DNA of 64,000 bases from Raja brachyura (lineage: Eukaryota), in the NCBI GenBank assembly GCA_963514005.1, contig OY740808.1, forward strand, positions 30,070,001 to 30,134,000, written 5' to 3'. The notes under the pieces are model-generated. The model searched no databases. It saw only the letters and a list, made by a program, of their open reading frames with translations, and was not told the DNA's origin. Below, piece after piece: positions 59,851 through 64,000 of the stretch. Position 1 is the stretch's first letter, and every line of letters begins with the position of its first letter. The position numbers and the translations under genes are program-made.

Positions 59851-62526
59851 TTACAGAGGATACAAAATGATTCTGACCGGCATAACATCGCAGAAAGGAT
59901 GCGGAGGCTTGGAGAGGACACAGAAAAGAATCATTGGAGGGAAGTAGCTTTAAGGAGAAGTAGGACCAACATGAATGTTTTCTCCGGAGCTTCGGGGACT
60001 GGGTATAGACTAGATGAAATTATGAGAGGCATAGATAGGGTGGACAGTCAGGGGCTTTTTACCAGTGTGGAAACATTAGAGGGCATAGCTCTAAGGTCAG
60101 AGGGGAAAATTTAAAGGAGTCTGAAGAAGGGTCTCGACCTGAAACGTCCCTCCAGAGATGCTGCCTGTCCTGCTGAGTTACTCCAGCATGTTGTACCCTC
60201 CTTTAAGTTTAAAGGAGATACGTATGCAGGGCGTTATTCACAAAGGCAGCAGTGGGCGTGAAATGGGCTGCCGCGGGAAGTGGTGGAGGTAGATACGAGA
60301 GTGACATTTAAGAGACTTTTAGATATGCAGGGGGTGGAGGGATATGGTTCACAAGCAGGCAGAAGAGGTTAGTTTAAGCTGGCATCATGTTTGGTGCAGA
60401 TATCACAGGGAGAAGGGCCTGTTCCTGTACTGTATCGTTCTATAACGAGGGAGGATGATTGCTGCTGTGAGACATGCCGAGGTCCAGAGATGGAGGAGAG
60501 GCGGTGGGGGGAGGGGGGGATGGCAGTGAGGGAACCCGTGCTGTATTTTGTTTAGCAATCTCACACGTCCACATCATCGAGCTGTCCATCGCAGGTCCCG
60601 CTTTGCCGATAAGCCTCTGCGTCCCTATTGCTCTGCCGTCAGTCCACTGTCGTCTTTCGACTGTTGAGGAAAATATTCTGCGGTATCTCCCTCGCTAACG
60701 TTAGCTGTGGGTGGACCTGCTTCCAGAACTCTGCGTTTACCAACTTCAAAGCATGGTTTTCGATCACACCAAATCTACGACCAGCGGTCAAACAGCCTCA
60801 GAATTAAAGAGCGTTTTTTTTAGAAAGGTGAGGAGCTACTTCTCTAGTCAGAGGGTAGTTAATCTGTGGAACTCATTGCCACAGAGGGCTGTGGGTGCCA
60901 AGTCAGTGGATATTTTTTGAGGCAGACATAGACAAATTCTTGATTAGAACGGGTGTCAAGGGTTATGGGGAGAAGGCAGGAAAATGGGATTAGGAGGCAG
61001 AGATAAGCCATGATTGAATGGTGGACTCAATGGGCCGAATGGCCTAACCTGTGAGCTTGTGGAATGATTTGGAGCAGCCGGAGATTAGTTGGGGAGGGGT
61101 CCTCTTGTCCGTGCAGGCCTGGTTGCGTAGGGCCTGGTCTGACCCAGAGGTCTCCCCGGTCCCGTCTACTTGTGAGTGTGGACAGGAGCCCCTCACACAC
61201 GGAACACACCCAGGGATCGCTAGGGCCACTGTAAACAACCGCAGACCCCTCCCAAGATAGTCTGAAGATGGCAAAAAAAAAGTAGCTTTGAACAGGTATT
61301 GTGTATCTTGTTACATCTTGTGTAGGAAGAGACTGCAGATGCTGGTTTAAACTGAAGATGGACACAAAGTGCTGGAGTAACTCGGTGGAACAGGCAGCAT
61401 CTCTGGAGAGATGGAATGGGTGGTGTTTCAGGTCTGAGGACGGGTCTCGATCTGAACTGTCACCCGTTCCTTCTCTCCAGGGATGTTGCCTATCCTGCTG
61501 TTACTCCAGCATTTTGTGTCTATCTAGAGTTATATCATCACCCACAGGAGTGCAAGATGGTGGGAGAATGAATGGGACGGCTCCGAAGCTCAGGGTTGAA
61601 AGCAAAACCAGACAGTGGAAAGATAGAGAATCAAAGAATGAAGAGGGAGTACAGCAGGTAAGGAGAGCCTGGAGCAAATGCTGATGATTAACTAGCTGAA
61701 AGGTACCTCTCGATTACCTTGATGGGTGACGGGGAGAAGGCAGGAGAATGGGGTTGGGAGGGAGAGATAGATCAGCCATGCTTGAATGGTGTAGATTGAT
61801 GGGCCGAATGGCCTAATTCTGCTCCTATCACTTATGACCTTATGACCTCTCACACTGAGGATAGTGGGTGTCTGGATCGTACTACTAGGCATGGTGGTGA
61901 AGGCCGATATGATCATGATAGTACATGGTAGGATAGTTTAGTTTATTATTATTGTCATGTATACCGAGCTGCTGTGGACAGCTTTTGATTGCATGCTATC
62001 CAGTTAAAAACAATGACTAGACATGAATACAATCACGACATCCACTGTGCAAAGATAATTGATAAATGGTACAACATTTAGTATAAAGATACAACATTGA
62101 AGTCCAATAAAGTCTGCCCAAAAACAATGTTCAAAGGTCTTCTATGAGGTAGATGGGAGGTCAGGACCGCACTTTAGCTGATGGGTGGAGTGCTCCAATT
62201 GCATGATATCAGCTGGGAAATAACCTCCTGGATGTGGAGGTATCTGGAGATATGCAGGGCCTGGAGGGGTATGGATCATGTGTAGGCAAATAAGATTAAC
62301 TTATGTTGGCATTTTGTTCGGCACAGACCCTGTGGGCTGAAGGGCCTGTTCGTGTAGCTGTTCATTTTCTATGTTCTATGTTCTAAAGGAAAAACTTCTT
62401 TCTTTAATTCACCTGCAGGAAGTTGGTATTTCCAGTAAGACCTGCAGTTGTTACCCAATCCTTCATTCCTTTGAGAACTTGTGTGGTGACCTGTTCTCTT
62501 TAACTGCTGTAATCTGTGGTGAAGTT

Positions 62527-62837
62527 TGGGCAGCACGGTGGCGCAGAGCTAGAGTTGCTGCTTTACAGCGACAGAGACCCGGGTTCAATCCTGCCGACGG
62601 GTGCTGTCTGTACAAAGTTTGTCCGTTCTCCCTGTGACCAGGCGGGCTTTCTCTGTGGGTGCTCTGTTTTCCTCCCACGCTCCAAAGAGTTACAGGTTTG
62701 TAGGTTAATTGGTTTCTATAAAATTGTCCCGAGTGTGCAGGATAGTGTTAGTGTACAGGGTGATCAGTGGTTGGCATGGACTAGGTTGGATGAAGGTCCT
62801 GCGTCCATGCTATATCTCTACAGTCTAAAATCTAAAG
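62527..62837 (+). mobile_element. HE1-type SINE
   Basis: GGGCAGCACGGTGGCGCAG head, GGTTCAATCC, V-domain, tail. Confidence 0.9.
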
Positions 62838-64000
62838 TTATGACCAGAGTGTTATTGAGGAGGGAGACTTCATATTAACATACGGCGACGCTGAAGGAAT
62901 GGTGATATATTTCCAAATTAGGTGGTGTGAGATTTAGAAAGAAGTTTACAGATGGTGAAAAACCCATGTGCCTCTCGCTCTTATCTTGGAGGATACAGAC
63001 TGATGAATTGTTACAGTTTCTGCTGACTGGGTAGCACGCAACAAAAGCTTTTCGCTGTACCTCGGTACACGTGACAATAAATTAAACTGAGTCTGGCTGT
63101 GGAATACCCAGCCTCTGAGGTGTTTTGTTGTTGCAGCCTTTCTACAGCTGGTCCAGTTAACTATCTGGTCTGAGACAATCTTGATGTTGATGGTGGACAA
63201 CCTGACAATTGATTGTCAAACGCGTTTTGGTGATGGCCACTACCTAACACGTGTATGATGCAAATGCTCATTTCCCATCCTCCAGCTCAATTGATTCTTC
63301 AGGGCTGCAAAGAGAAGTTGCATGGACAGCAAGAAATGCATCATCAAGTTTCCTTGCAGCAAGCTCCCACAGTTACGTGAATACAATTGGGTAAGGAAAC
63401 AAGATCAGGATTTAACATATAGTCCCTGGAGCCCATTCTACCACTCAATAGGATCATGGATAAGCCTTTACCTTGTTATTTTCAATCTCCTAATCCCTAG
63501 TTGTCCTTAGTGCCCAACAAATCTATTCATTCCAGTGAGCATTTTAGGCCCTCTGGGATAGAAAATGTCACAGATTTACAACTTTCCTCATCACAATCCT
63601 AAATGTCCAAGTTATTTTCCTGATACAAAGCCCTCTAGTTCCACATTCTCCAAACAGAAGAAACAATTGTCAGTATCTTTCCTAGTGGAAACTTTCAAAT
63701 CTATCCTCGTTGTTTTAAGTTCCAGTACTCCAGATCCATCCTACTTGCTCCACACTGTGAAACTGGCTTAATGGAGGAATCACTGGAAAACCCACAAGGC
63801 AGGTCAATCCTTCCTCGGGAATGGAGAGCAAAACTGCAAAGAGTACTCTGGTGCTGACTCACCAGTGACCTACCTTGTAAATGGCCAGGGTGATATTTAT
63901 TTATCTTATGTTTTAGACGGAACTGCAGAAGCTGGAAAAAATCGAAGGTAGACAAAAATGCTGGAGAAACTCAGCGGGTGAGGCAGCATTCCTTCGCTCC

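Noticed and set aside
59812-60114. Acidic 100 aa ORF (EEEDDEEE..)
   Set aside because: Chimera of the Vingi-like (GAA)n tail and a degenerate CR1 fragment.

Overview
Eukaryotic, repeat-dominated DNA with two assembly gaps and no recognisable intact host gene. It reads as intergenic or deep-intronic sequence. The repeat set (HE1-type V-SINEs, CR1 LINEs with shark-type tails) points to a cartilaginous fish, probably a skate or ray; this is inference. Nearly every ORF in the track belongs to a transposable element or is a chance frame. Elements seen: CR1, Rex1/Babar, Tx1, Crack/L2 and Vingi-like LINE pieces; Penelope-like elements (one young copy with an unbroken RT-C-terminus/GIY-YIG frame); a DIRS1-type element with inverted termini and an internal complementary region; a Gypsy gag remnant with PBS; a solo LTR; Harbinger-type MITEs; hAT-like ends; and about 10 HE1 SINEs. 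The most notable system is a family of short Penelope-terminal-repeat derivatives. More than 20 copies carry a minimal hammerhead-ribozyme-like core, several are fold-back, and several have 13-16 bp target-site duplications showing they inserted as their own units. A few unexplained unique segments remain, including a diverged ~200 bp duplication at 19.3-20.0 kb and exon-like segments on the minus strand. Family names come from motif recognition by eye, with no database search. Boundaries without a TSD are approximate.
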